From Candidatus Poseidoniaceae archaeon (GTDB lineage Archaea; Thermoplasmatota; Poseidoniia; Poseidoniales; Poseidoniaceae): a stretch of 64,000 nt of DNA. Both the position numbers and the translations under genes were made by a program. The notes under the pieces are model-generated. The model saw only the letters and a list, made by a program, of their open reading frames with translations, ran no database searches and was not told the origin of the DNA. Below are positions 19,742 to 30,200 of this stretch, one piece after another (within the stretch, counting starts at the first letter, position 1; every line of letters starts with the position of its first letter). Location of the stretch: the NCBI GenBank assembly GCA_030747785.1, contig JASLKC010000024.1, positions 6,235-70,234 on the forward strand. Direction: 5' to 3'.

Positions 19742-21621
19742 ATGTGTTCGATGATAGCATCGGCTGCTTCTTCGGCACTCATTTCAGTAGTGTCGATTCG
19801 GATTTCGGGATTCACGGGCTCCTCATAAGGGCTCGAAATTCCAGTGAAATTAGGCAACTCTCCGGCGCGGGCTTTTGCGTATAACCCCTTGACATCACGC
19901 TGTTCACACACCTCGAGAGGAGTATCGATGAATACCTCGATGAACTCTCCTTCTTGGACCAGTGACCTCGCCATATCTCGCTCGCTTGCAAATGGCGAAA
20001 TAAATGATGTAATGCAGATTAGTCCTGCATCGAGCATCAATTTACCCACTTCGCCGATGCGACGAATATTTTCAACTCTATCCGCAGGAGTGAATCCTAA
20101 ATCTTGATTGAGACCGTGCCTTACATTATCACCGTCAAGCGTTATTGTATGACGGCCAAGTGCATGGAGTTTCTTTTCCAGAATATTTGCAATGCTTGAT
20201 TTCCCAGAACCGGAAAGCCCGGTTAACCAGAGCATCATCGCTTTCTGCCCTTTTGACTCTGACCGACTTTCCTTGCTGACATCCATTGCTTGCCAATGGA
20301 TATTATCGGCCCTTCGAAGAGCGAAGTCAATGAGGCCCATCCCCACAGTTTCATTGGTTAAGCGATCCATGATGATGAAGCCACCCATGGTTGCATCCTC
20401 ATCATATGGATCGAATGCAATCCTCTCATGTAGAGAAATATTACAGATTCCAATCTCGTTGAGGTCAAGCACTTTAGCAGGAAGTTCAACAAGTGTATTA
20501 ACATCAATTCTATGCTTCAGTCTAGTGAGGTTCATTCCTGTTATTTGCGTACTGGATTTGAACAAATACTGACGCCCGGGCATCATTGCAGATTCGTGCA
20601 TCCATAGAACTCGGGCTTGAAATTGGTCAGCCAACGAACAGGGGTGTTCAGCAGTAGTGATGATATCACCCCGGGAAACATCGACCTCTTCTGTGAGTGT
20701 AATAGTGATTGACCGACCAGCTCCTGCAAGCGGTAAGTCTCCTTCCCAAGTGACGATTTTGTCGATAGTAGATTCAGTGCCACTTGGTAGAATCCTAACC
20801 TTGTCTCCAGGTGAAACTGTGCCACTTGCAACTAAACCAGAGAACCCACGGAAATCGAGATTCGGGCGATTGACCCACTGTACTGGCATGCGGAATGGGC
20901 GCATTTGTGCCGCAGATTCAACCTCAACACTCTCGAGATATCCCATCACAGTTTGTCCGTCATACCAAGGGGTATTCTCGCTATTGTCAACGATATTATC
21001 TCCCTTCAGTGCTGAAATTGGAATCGAAGTTATTTCTTCAAGTTCGAGTGCTTCAGATGCAAATTTCTTGTATTCTGAAACTATGGAGTCATAGACTTCT
21101 TGTGAATAATCTACGAGGTCGAGTTTGTTTACTGCTAACAGGACCTTCTTCACGCCAACCATGCTGACGATGAAACTGTGCCTCCTAGTTTGAGTAAGTA
21201 CGCCTTGTCTTGCATCGATTAAGATAATTGCAACATCTGCTGTTGAGGCTCCAGTTGCCATGTTACGAGTATATTCTTCATGGCCGGGGGTATCGGCTAC
21301 GATGTATTTGCGCTTCTCGGTCGAAAAGAATCGATATGCTACATCGATTGTGATGCCTTGTTCCCTTTCAGCAGCTAAACCATCTACAAGTAAAGCGAAA
21401 TCGATTTCTCCATCCTGCGTCCCAACCCTCTTGGAATCAGCCTCGAGAGCAGTGAGATGATCGTCGAATAACATGTGTGATTCGTACAACATCCGTCCTA
21501 TCAAAGTGGATTTACCGTCATCGACTGAGCCACATGTAATGAATCTAAGGAGGCCTTTTTGCTCATGGGTAGCAAGGTAGGACTCGATGTCCGTTGCGAT
21601 AAGGTCACTGACGTGCGCCAT
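19726..21621 (-). CDS. cysNC: Bifunctional sulfate adenylyltransferase large subunit / APS kinase (CysNC/NodQ-type)
   Basis: GSVDDGKST, EREQGITID, DTPGH, NKLD GTPase motifs; C-terminal GLSGSGKS, LDGDNVR, RDVKGLY, FTGISSPYE. Confidence 0.96.
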   Translation of the reverse strand: MAHVSDLIATDIESYLATHEQKGLLRFITCGSVDDGKSTLIGRMLYESHMLFDDHLTALEADSKRVGTQDGEIDFALLVDGLAAEREQGITIDVAYRFFSTEKRKYIVADTPGHEEYTRNMATGASTADVAIILIDARQGVLTQTRRHSFIVSMVGVKKVLLAVNKLDLVDYSQEVYDSIVSEYKKFASEALELEEITSIPISALKGDNIVDNSENTPWYDGQTVMGYLESVEVESAAQMRPFRMPVQWVNRPNLDFRGFSGLVASGTVSPGDKVRILPSGTESTIDKIVTWEGDLPLAGAGRSITITLTEEVDVSRGDIITTAEHPCSLADQFQARVLWMHESAMMPGRQYLFKSSTQITGMNLTRLKHRIDVNTLVELPAKVLDLNEIGICNISLHERIAFDPYDEDATMGGFIIMDRLTNETVGMGLIDFALRRADNIHWQAMDVSKESRSESKGQKAMMLWLTGLSGSGKSSIANILEKKLHALGRHTITLDGDNVRHGLNQDLGFTPADRVENIRRIGEVGKLMLDAGLICITSFISPFASERDMARSLVQEGEFIEVFIDTPLEVCEQRDVKGLYAKARAGELPNFTGISSPYEEPVNPEIRIDTTEMSAEEAADAIIEHIQNNA

Positions 21622-22532
21622 CAGAAATACCCCTCTTTCTTCTTCTTCTCCATCGAGGCTGAACTATCGAAGTCAATCACTCGACCTTGCCTCTCTGAAG
21701 TGGTGGTAAGTAGCATCTCTTGGATGACTTGCGGGAGAGTGGTGGCTTCAGATTCGACTGCGCCGGTTAATGGATAACAACCAAGGGTCCGAAATCGGAC
21801 CATTTTCATCATTGGTTCTTCGCCTTCTTCAAGGGGAATTCTCTCGTCGTCGACAAGAACAAGCACGCCGTCTCTCTCGACAACTGGCCTTTCTTTTGAG
21901 AGATAGAGTGGTACGATTGGAATATTCTCCAAATGGATATATTGCCAAATATCAAGTTCAGTCCAATTTGATAAAGGGAAAACACGAATCGATTCGCCCT
22001 GTGCTTTTCGTGAATTGAATACGTTCCATAATTCAGGTCGTTGCCGCTTTGGGTCCCAGCGATGGTCGCTAGTTCTGAAAGAGAATATGCGTTCTTTTGC
22101 ACGGCTCTTCTCTTCATCTCGTCGTGCACCGCCAAAGGCCACATCAAATCCATGGGCGTCTAGTGCCTGTTTCAGACCTTGAGTTTTCATCACATCAGTA
22201 TGTACGGCTGAGCCGTGAACAAATGGATTCATTCCCATTTCTTGGCCTTCAGGATTGATGTGTACAATGAGATCTAGGCCAAGGTCAGATGCCATTTTAT
22301 CTCTAAATTCAATCATCTCTGAAAATTTCCACATCGTATCGATATGCATTATCGGAAATGGTGGCTTAGAAGGGTGAAACGCCTTCATTGCCAAATGTAA
22401 CATCACCGAAGAATCCTTGCCAACCGAATAGAGCATTACTGGATTTTCTGCTTCGGCAACAACCTCTCGCATGATGTGAATGGCCTCGGCTTCAAGTCGC
22501 TGAAGGTGAGTCATCCTATCCTGCATAAGCAC
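21621..22532 (-). CDS. cysD: Sulfate adenylyltransferase small subunit
   Basis: YSVGKDS PP-loop, [29 protein letters not shown]-terminus. Confidence 0.97.
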   Translation of the reverse strand: MLMQDRMTHLQRLEAEAIHIMREVVAEAENPVMLYSVGKDSSVMLHLAMKAFHPSKPPFPIMHIDTMWKFSEMIEFRDKMASDLGLDLIVHINPEGQEMGMNPFVHGSAVHTDVMKTQGLKQALDAHGFDVAFGGARRDEEKSRAKERIFSFRTSDHRWDPKRQRPELWNVFNSRKAQGESIRVFPLSNWTELDIWQYIHLENIPIVPLYLSKERPVVERDGVLVLVDDERIPLEEGEEPMMKMVRFRTLGCYPLTGAVESEATTLPQVIQEMLLTTTSERQGRVIDFDSSASMEKKKKEGYF

Positions 22533-22541
22533 ACCTCAGTA

Positions 22542-23408
22542 TTACCTTCGGGTACTTATCTCATTCATCAAGGCTGGTATCTCTCCCTTCGGGAGAGTAT
22601 CGATGCCGCCTGCCGTTTCTCTACCGCCTCCACCAAACTTGGCACAGAGTTCACCAATACCATTCTCGCCCCTGACTGAAATTTGCAATGTTTCCCCTCT
22701 ATCGATTGCGATTACATGGGGTCCACCTCCTCCTCGATTCAAGCGATGAGCATAGACTCCAACCACTCTGCGAGCCCATGGCTCATCGGGTAACATGTGA
22801 ATTCCATCCACGATTTCAATACTATCACAATGGGCAATATCTTCTGCAAATCCGGACCTTAAGCGAAAGAATGTCTCGCTTTGCATGAATACCTCTGGAC
22901 TTCCCGCTTCAAGGCACGCTACCATCAATTCATCAGGATGAAAATGAAGGTCGGCTAGACTGAAACCATATCCATTGTAATTGAGAAGTTCGCCCAATTC
23001 TGCAAGGTCATCTCTGCTGGAGTGTGCTCCTAGTCCATCTCCATGCAAGGCAACCATCGCCCAATCCTCGCCACTGCCTAATACTCGACTCACGAGTAGT
23101 GCGGTACACACATTTGCTGAGGTGTCTATGTGTGAGGTTATTTCGGGAATTGGCTCACCTTGTAAATGGTGATCAAACCATGTTATTGAAGCGCCTGAAT
23201 CCGCAAGATGTTTTGCTCTATCATGGTTTCGTGCCAATGAAATATCCATCACAATTACCTCGTCGCCTGGCTTTGCATCAACTCTCTCTAGAAGTTCGAT
23301 ATCACGCTTGACTCCGGTAACTCGCTCTCCTTCGATGCCATGGACTAATCCGCGGATAACCATGGAACATATTCCATCAGCATCACCATTGTAGGCGAAC
23401 CAGCGCAT
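22542..23408 (-). CDS. DHH-family phosphoesterase (possible PAP phosphatase)
   Basis: NGDADG, MDIS, FDHH, C-terminal GGGGRETAGG (DHHA1-like); co-oriented with cysD and cysNC. Confidence 0.8.
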   Translation of the reverse strand: MRWFAYNGDADGICSMVIRGLVHGIEGERVTGVKRDIELLERVDAKPGDEVIVMDISLARNHDRAKHLADSGASITWFDHHLQGEPIPEITSHIDTSANVCTALLVSRVLGSGEDWAMVALHGDGLGAHSSRDDLAELGELLNYNGYGFSLADLHFHPDELMVACLEAGSPEVFMQSETFFRLRSGFAEDIAHCDSIEIVDGIHMLPDEPWARRVVGVYAHRLNRGGGGPHVIAIDRGETLQISVRGENGIGELCAKFGGGGRETAGGIDTLPKGEIPALMNEISTRR

Positions 23409-23467
23409 GATGTTGCGAGACCGCTGGTGGACAAGAGTCTATTGCTGGCCTTCTTCCACACAAATTC

Positions 23468-23803
23468 ATGGGTCGCATCGCGGGGGGAGTCGTTTGGTTC
23501 ATTCACCTTATCGTATTCCTTTTCGGCACTATTGGCTGGGCGGTTCCGGAACCATGGTATTTCGGGCACATCCCTTTGATCGTTTTAGTCAAACTAAATT
23601 GGGTAATATGGGACTGTTGCGTTCTAACCGAGCTGGAAATGAAAGTGCGAAATGATGGTGTTGAGCGCTTATTCACAATGGACCTGTTCAGGTCACTAGG
23701 CTGGAAAAGCCTCACTCCTGAACTCACCCATTTCATTCTAAATCGTGTATTTTGGGTAATTCTACTCCTCTCATTGACTAGAGCCGCCCTCATCTTCTTG
23801 TAA
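23468..23803 (+). CDS. Small membrane protein (DUF2784-like)
   Basis: Three hydrophobic segments; H..., CVLTELE motif. Confidence 0.55.
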   Translation: MGRIAGGVVWFIHLIVFLFGTIGWAVPEPWYFGHIPLIVLVKLNWVIWDCCVLTELEMKVRNDGVERLFTMDLFRSLGWKSLTPELTHFILNRVFWVILLLSLTRAALIFL

Positions 23804-23812
23804 TGAAAGGAG

Positions 23813-23829
23813 GCATGGCACAGCCATGC
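23813..23829. promoter_or_regulatory. Triloop hairpin GCATGGC-ACA-GCCATGC containing the start codon
   Basis: Perfect 7-bp inverted repeat; ATG 23826 lies in the 3' arm. Confidence 0.55.
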
Positions 23830-26800
23830 GCCGCGAAGTTGCGATGGTTTTCATCATCCTGTTCTCCGCGCTGATTATCCCTCCCGAAGTAGAAGCAGGG
23901 GCTTTTGGAAGCGTGGATCCTGGGGTCAGTGATGTGCCTGATTGGAGAGTTGGTGACAAGTGGATTTACGCTGGCGCATTCGATCCTACTACCCTAGTTC
24001 AAGATGCAGGGGTTGATGCTACAGTAGGCAAAATCAACGGTGATGCTACTACTACCGTTAATTCCATAGAAGAGCGTATTATTGACAATCTTTCGACGAT
24101 GGTTTATCTCACTTCATCAACAGCTGATTTCGACAAAGGCGGGGTTCAATTAGATGGATATACTGGAAATCTCTACATCAAATACCAAGTTGATGAAGTA
24201 GTCAGAGTTAGTGACCTTGCTACAATTAATACAGCTCTCTCCTTAGATGTAGAATATGTACCATATGGCATCTCATCGTTAACACAACAGATTGCCGATA
24301 TTACAATTTCAACCTCTCGCGAACCGGCTAAAGATGACTATGATTTTCCTTTACGGGATGGAGAGAATTGGAATACAACATACACCTCATCGACATCGTG
24401 GAGTGGCTCTTCGGATTACATCACACCATTCCCTGCTCCAACAAGTGGAGTAAACCACACTAATTGGGAAGTAACCGATATTGGAAAGCCGATTAATGGA
24501 CTTGGTGAACAGATTGGATATGGCGGTTGTAATGCTTCCTATGAACTAAAATCATACGATGATAATGGTACAGAAACTTCCTTCAAATGGTATTGCCCAG
24601 AAGTTCGTAATTATGCTTGGTCACATACCGAGGAAGATATTGGTTTGGTAATTGATTTTAGACTCAAGCAATACATTCCAGTTGATTCTGATTCTGTCGA
24701 ATCAAATCAAAACCCTGGAACACGTCGAAATATAATTTCAGTGGAAAGTGCGAGTACAATCACTGCCCTTAACTCCCCGATGGAAGTTTGGGCGAATCTC
24801 ACTGATGCTTCTGGCTCTCCCGTTTCAGGGGCTGATGTGGAAATTCGATTTGAAAGTACATCCTTTGCTACCACAGTAACTACTGGCGCAAATGGTACTG
24901 CTTGGGCGAGTTTCAATGTCGGACAAGAACTGGATTCTTCGTGGACTAGTTTCGATTGGGCAAGTCATGGCCTCGTCGCAATTTCTGGTTCGATGATTGG
25001 TACCTCTACAATAACTCTCGATGAGAATATCGTTGGCCTTGATTTGGTCGCCGCTCTTGAAAGAGCGAGTATTCTACGCAATCGAAGTGGTGAACTCACT
25101 ACACTCAACTATATTTCTGGATTCAATGTTCTACCGGGTGATCAACTCTTAATCGAGTTACCAGTCTACAACCGAGGAATTACAACCTCAACTCCAACCG
25201 CTGTTCATATCACATACCCTGATGGAATGGAAATAAGTTCAAATCTACCTGCTCTACAATTGTACGAGGAATTTACATTTACCATTCAATGGAATATCGA
25301 TGAGAATGCGTCAATAAATAATCTGACAATAGATTGGGAAGTAGACCGCGCTGGCCTAAATTTGAACGATGCTAATTTCAACAATGATTTAGCAACTCTA
25401 CCACTATTCATTGGTAGTGCTCCCACCTCGGTGATTTCTAATCTCAGTGGATTGACAAATGAAATTTTACAAATTAATGCCACGAATTCATTTGATGCTG
25501 ATGGTGGAGAGATTTGGTGTGAATTCATCATCCCATACGATGATGGAAGCCGCTCAATTGCATGGGAAAGCATTACTCGAAATAATTGCTGGATAAATTG
25601 GTCTTGGATAGATGATGGAATCTATCAGGTGATTGTAATCATTTACGATGAAGAAGGAGATTCTACTACAGATTATCTCGATGTAGCCGTCGATAATCGT
25701 TTACCTAATGTGGAGATTTTCTCGCAGCGTTCTGAAGTAAAGGTAGAGCATCCAGTCACTTTGTACGTATTTGCAAATGACTCTGATTCGGAGGACTCAT
25801 GGCCTGGACTTGTTGATGTTCACTGGCCAAGCGCAACCTGTGAAGAGGGGTATTACACCAGAACTTGCACTACTACATCTTGGAGTGAAGGCCTCACGAC
25901 ATTCACTGCTGTTGGAACCGATGATGATGGAGAATCAACCTATGCGACAATAGATATCGTGTTCACAAATATCGCCCCTCACGATGTTGCTGTTTCTATG
26001 CAAGACGATATGGGTGAGATAATCAAATCTGAAGACCAGATGACTTGGCGTGTCGAAGAAGACCAAGAAGTAATTCTAATTGCGCGTGCTGAAGATTCTG
26101 AAGATGATTTGGAGAGTCTATCTTACGAATGGGATTTCGGAATGAAAACCGATGGAAGAGAATCATCAGTTCCTGCAGTTTGGCATAATGAAGGTCTCAA
26201 AACTATACGGGTAAAAGCAATCGATTCTGAAGATGTTGAAAGTGGTTGGATTGAAAGATGGATCGATGTAGTAAATGTCCCGCCTCTCGTTGAAGACCTG
26301 CCAGAAATGATGGCGATTGCAGAAGGTCAAACCATCGCTATGACTGGAGTTGCATATGATACTCCCTCGGATAGAGAGAGTCTTGTTATCTGCTGGGATA
26401 TGGACCCTGGAGAAGATAGTGATCTAACAGGTTCTGCAGACGATGACTGTGACGTCATTGGTGAGAATATGAGTTGGTCTTGGCAAAATGCTGGAGACCA
26501 TACAGTAGTATTCCATGTTACAGATAATGACGGAGCTAGGAGTTTTTCAACACAGACAATCACTGTCATAAACATGCCACCGATTGTTAGAATCAAGGAA
26601 TTGAATGGAGTTATTGCTGGAGAACAAGTAGTCCTCGATGCATCTACTACTATCGATTCACAAATCGACCGTGAAGGCTTAATGATCATCTGGGATGTCG
26701 ACTGCACGAGGGATTCAGATGGTGATGGTATCAAAGATAATGATGCTGATGCGGTGGGTATTATTTCCACTCATACTTTCACACACGCAGGTACATGGAC

Positions 26801-27218
26801 AATCAAGGCAATAGCATGGGATGAAGATGTAATGAATCCGGCATCAAAGACAATGATTGTCGTGGTTGAAGACCCTGACAGAACTGCATTTGAGGAAGTA
26901 ATGGAATCTTTGATGGGGGATGAGGCAAGCCCATTCGCCCAATTATTAGCGGTTACACTGATTATGACATGTATTCTTTTGGCATTAAGGCGCATGAAAA
27001 AGAAGCCGGAATCAGTGTGGGAAAACGATGCTCCAAGCGTTGAAAAACCATTGGAGGCGCCTTCGTTTGATGATTTCCAAAGTGATGAGGAGATTGTTGG
27101 ACCTCCTCTGCCTGAAGGGGGTCTACCCGAAGGTTGGACCATGGAGCAGTGGCAACATTATGGCGAACAATTCCTAGTTACTAGTGATAACTCACTAAAT
27201 GAACAACATCAAGACTAA
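23826..27218 (+). CDS. Large surface protein with CARDB- and PKD-like Ig domains, C-terminal TM and GWTMEQW tail (paralog 1)
   Basis: Signal peptide; PDWRVGDKWIY; repeated WDF/W...G.HTV..VTDNDG PKD patterns; TM followed by RRMKKK; GPPLPEGGLPEGWTMEQWQHYG. Confidence 0.85.
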   Translation: MRREVAMVFIILFSALIIPPEVEAGAFGSVDPGVSDVPDWRVGDKWIYAGAFDPTTLVQDAGVDATVGKINGDATTTVNSIEERIIDNLSTMVYLTSSTADFDKGGVQLDGYTGNLYIKYQVDEVVRVSDLATINTALSLDVEYVPYGISSLTQQIADITISTSREPAKDDYDFPLRDGENWNTTYTSSTSWSGSSDYITPFPAPTSGVNHTNWEVTDIGKPINGLGEQIGYGGCNASYELKSYDDNGTETSFKWYCPEVRNYAWSHTEEDIGLVIDFRLKQYIPVDSDSVESNQNPGTRRNIISVESASTITALNSPMEVWANLTDASGSPVSGADVEIRFESTSFATTVTTGANGTAWASFNVGQELDSSWTSFDWASHGLVAISGSMIGTSTITLDENIVGLDLVAALERASILRNRSGELTTLNYISGFNVLPGDQLLIELPVYNRGITTSTPTAVHITYPDGMEISSNLPALQLYEEFTFTIQWNIDENASINNLTIDWEVDRAGLNLNDANFNNDLATLPLFIGSAPTSVISNLSGLTNEILQINATNSFDADGGEIWCEFIIPYDDGSRSIAWESITRNNCWINWSWIDDGIYQVIVIIYDEEGDSTTDYLDVAVDNRLPNVEIFSQRSEVKVEHPVTLYVFANDSDSEDSWPGLVDVHWPSATCEEGYYTRTCTTTSWSEGLTTFTAVGTDDDGESTYATIDIVFTNIAPHDVAVSMQDDMGEIIKSEDQMTWRVEEDQEVILIARAEDSEDDLESLSYEWDFGMKTDGRESSVPAVWHNEGLKTIRVKAIDSEDVESGWIERWIDVVNVPPLVEDLPEMMAIAEGQTIAMTGVAYDTPSDRESLVICWDMDPGEDSDLTGSADDDCDVIGENMSWSWQNAGDHTVVFHVTDNDGARSFSTQTITVINMPPIVRIKELNGVIAGEQVVLDASTTIDSQIDREGLMIIWDVDCTRDSDGDGIKDNDADAVGIISTHTFTHAGTWTIKAIAWDEDVMNPASKTMIVVVEDPDRTAFEEVMESLMGDEASPFAQLLAVTLIMTCILLALRRMKKKPESVWENDAPSVEKPLEAPSFDDFQSDEEIVGPPLPEGGLPEGWTMEQWQHYGEQFLVTSDNSLNEQHQD

Positions 27219-27236
27219 GAGTGTGTACGAGATAAT

Positions 27237-30200
27237 ATGCGCAGAGGTATTCTCAGCCTTGTTGTTCTCGTCCTGATGCTATCAGCACCATTGGCAAATA
27301 TCAATTTCGAATTGGAAGATGAAAATATTATTTTCAACACTTCAGAAACTAAAGATGAAGTTGATGTTCACGATGTTCCCACTTGGAGAATCGGTGACGA
27401 ATGGACATATGAAACTCAGTTCGACGTAGCAGGTCTAATCCAATCAGCAAATGTTACCGCTTCGATTAATACCCTTACTGGGGATACGACTATGGAAGTA
27501 AAGGACATTAGGTTTGAGATGATTCAAGGCACTCAAACCTTGGTATATGAAATGGAAATCAGTGGTGATTTTACCTCTGGTAATAGTGGTGCATCGCTGG
27601 AAGGAACCAGTGGAAGACTTGACATCGAATATGATGGCATAGATATTTTGAGAGTAAGAGATTTGGCTGTATGGACTAGTGAGTTTTCTTTGAAGGTTGA
27701 GTTCGCTCCCTACAATCTAGGATTCTTATCGTTAGAACTAGCTGACTTGACTTTTGCAACGGTGTATGAGCCGCCGCGGGAGAAATACGACTTCCCACTA
27801 AGGACTGGTGACCAGTGGGTCACTACTTATGATTCAGCAACAAATGTAACTGGTACTTCAGATTATTTTGACCCAAGTACCTTCAGCACACCATATGTCG
27901 AAGACAATACCACTTACCAAGTTACTACAGATGGCACACCAACTGAAGATGGAAATTCGCCTCAGTATTCCGGATGCTCAGATTCGCACAAGGTGAATTC
28001 TTGGAACGATACTGGAACTCCAAACGGTTTTGAATGGTATTGTGATGAAATTAGATATTTTGCGTGGCAAAGAATTGTAAATTCTGCAGGATTTACAATA
28101 GATTGGATTCTCAAGCAATACCAACCTACTGATTCATCAGGAGGTCAAGCTGGCTCGTCTCCGGGAATACGCAATAGTATAATCGAAGTTACACCAGAAT
28201 TCCTAGCAATTCTTCCAAATGCAACTGAAGAGGTATTGGGGCACTACTATGTAGGACAATCAGACCAAACTTCAACAAATTTGCAACTGAGATACGAAAT
28301 TGATGGCACTATAATGAGTCTTACAACTGATCATAATGGCAATGTGATGCCTGACCTTGATGTGGGATACTCACAAGATGAGTCTCCATCTTCTGATGAT
28401 TGGACTAGTAATGGTGTAATTATTTGGGACCCTGTTCAGAAAGTAGTTGGCGCTGCTACTATTGTAATGGATCTATCCGTAGTAGGAGTTGATTTGGTCG
28501 CAAAGGCCGACTCGATGATAGTTACGAGACTTCGTGGCAATGACTCTGTCACGCTTTCACAAGCTACAGGGTACAATGCACTACCTGGAGATACGCTCCA
28601 CTTCTCAGTACCAGCACAAAACCGCGGTGTACTAACATCTCCTGCAACAGAAATGGAAATCGTAACCCCTGATGGCACAACTATTCGTGGTAATTTACCT
28701 GCTCTCGGCCCATATGCCGAAGCAAGAGTAGATGTGAATTGGACTGTTTCAACCGATGCCCCTATTGGTACTCAGACCCTGACTTTTGAAGTAGATCCTG
28801 ACCAAACTGTTACCGCAGATGCAAACCGTAGCAATAACGATGCTAACCTCGATATCTTCATTGGTAGAATGCCAGAAGCATCGATGATAATCAACGATGG
28901 ACTCTATACATTTGAAAATATTTCTTTCGATGCAAGTGCATCTACTGACCTCGATGGAGGAAATGTCGAATGTTTCTTTGAAATCGAAGATGGAATCCGA
29001 ATTCAAAACATAGACGCTCCTGACTGTTTAGCTAACTGGAGTTGGGCCGATGACGGTATGTGGAACGTCACCGTTAGAGTGGTCGATGATGAATTGGATG
29101 AAGTTACCCTCACAATGCAAGCTGAAGTTCTAAATCGAGATCCATATGTCAACCTCAGTGCTGTATCCATAGTGGTAGATGCTGGTGGAGCAATCACATT
29201 TGATGCAAGCGATAGTGGCGATACCGACACAATTTCTCCTGAAGGTCAGCACGTAGTAATCACTTGGCCCGATAGTGTATGCGATGAGGGATTGTACGGG
29301 CCATTTTGTACAATACGACCTGAAGTTGAAGGTATGCAGACAATCACAGTAGTAGTTACCGATGATGATAATGCAATTGTTACCGACAGTATCGACTTTG
29401 AGGTACTCAATGTGGACCCAACAATTGGAGAGATTTCATTCAGTATTGATGGAATCCCCTATCTGCCTGCAGATGATGGAACATGGAGTATTGATGAAGG
29501 TATATTCGCTACAATGTATGTCGAAGGTGATGATACCCTTTCGGACCGTGAAGAATTGACTGTCACTTGGACACCATCTGACATGGACAGCAATCACACC
29601 GAAACTACATTTGGCCCTGCATCATCAATCGAATACGCATGGGATGAACCTGGAATTCACATGATTCTTGCATATGTTACAGATAATGATGGTGCAACGA
29701 GTTCGACTGTTCAAGGATTCGTACGAGTAAACAATATCGCACCTGTAATGAATGGCCTGCCTACACAACAAGCTCTGTTTGAAGATGAGATTTTAATTCT
29801 AAATGCATCAGCAATCGATTTTGCTGACCAAGACAAACTCAAATTCTGTTGGGACCTATTGTCGTCTGTTGATTCAGATGAAGATGGAAACATGACAAAT
29901 GACTGTGATGTGGAAGATGCAAACTTAGTGCATACATGGTCCACGCCAGGCTTGAGGATGATCACAGCCAATGTATGGGACGATAATGATGCTCACGATA
30001 GTAAGACCGTTCAGGTCACAATCGTAAATCGTCCACCAATCGCAAAAATCTCTGAGCCTGAAGAAGGATTTACCATCACTCAAGGTGAATCGCTAACTTT
30101 CAGCGCGAGCGAAAGTATCGATACAGAAACTGATCGGACCACTCTCGTATTCCGTTGGGATGACCCCAATACTAAGGGCAGTTTCGAAGATGGTTCTGGA

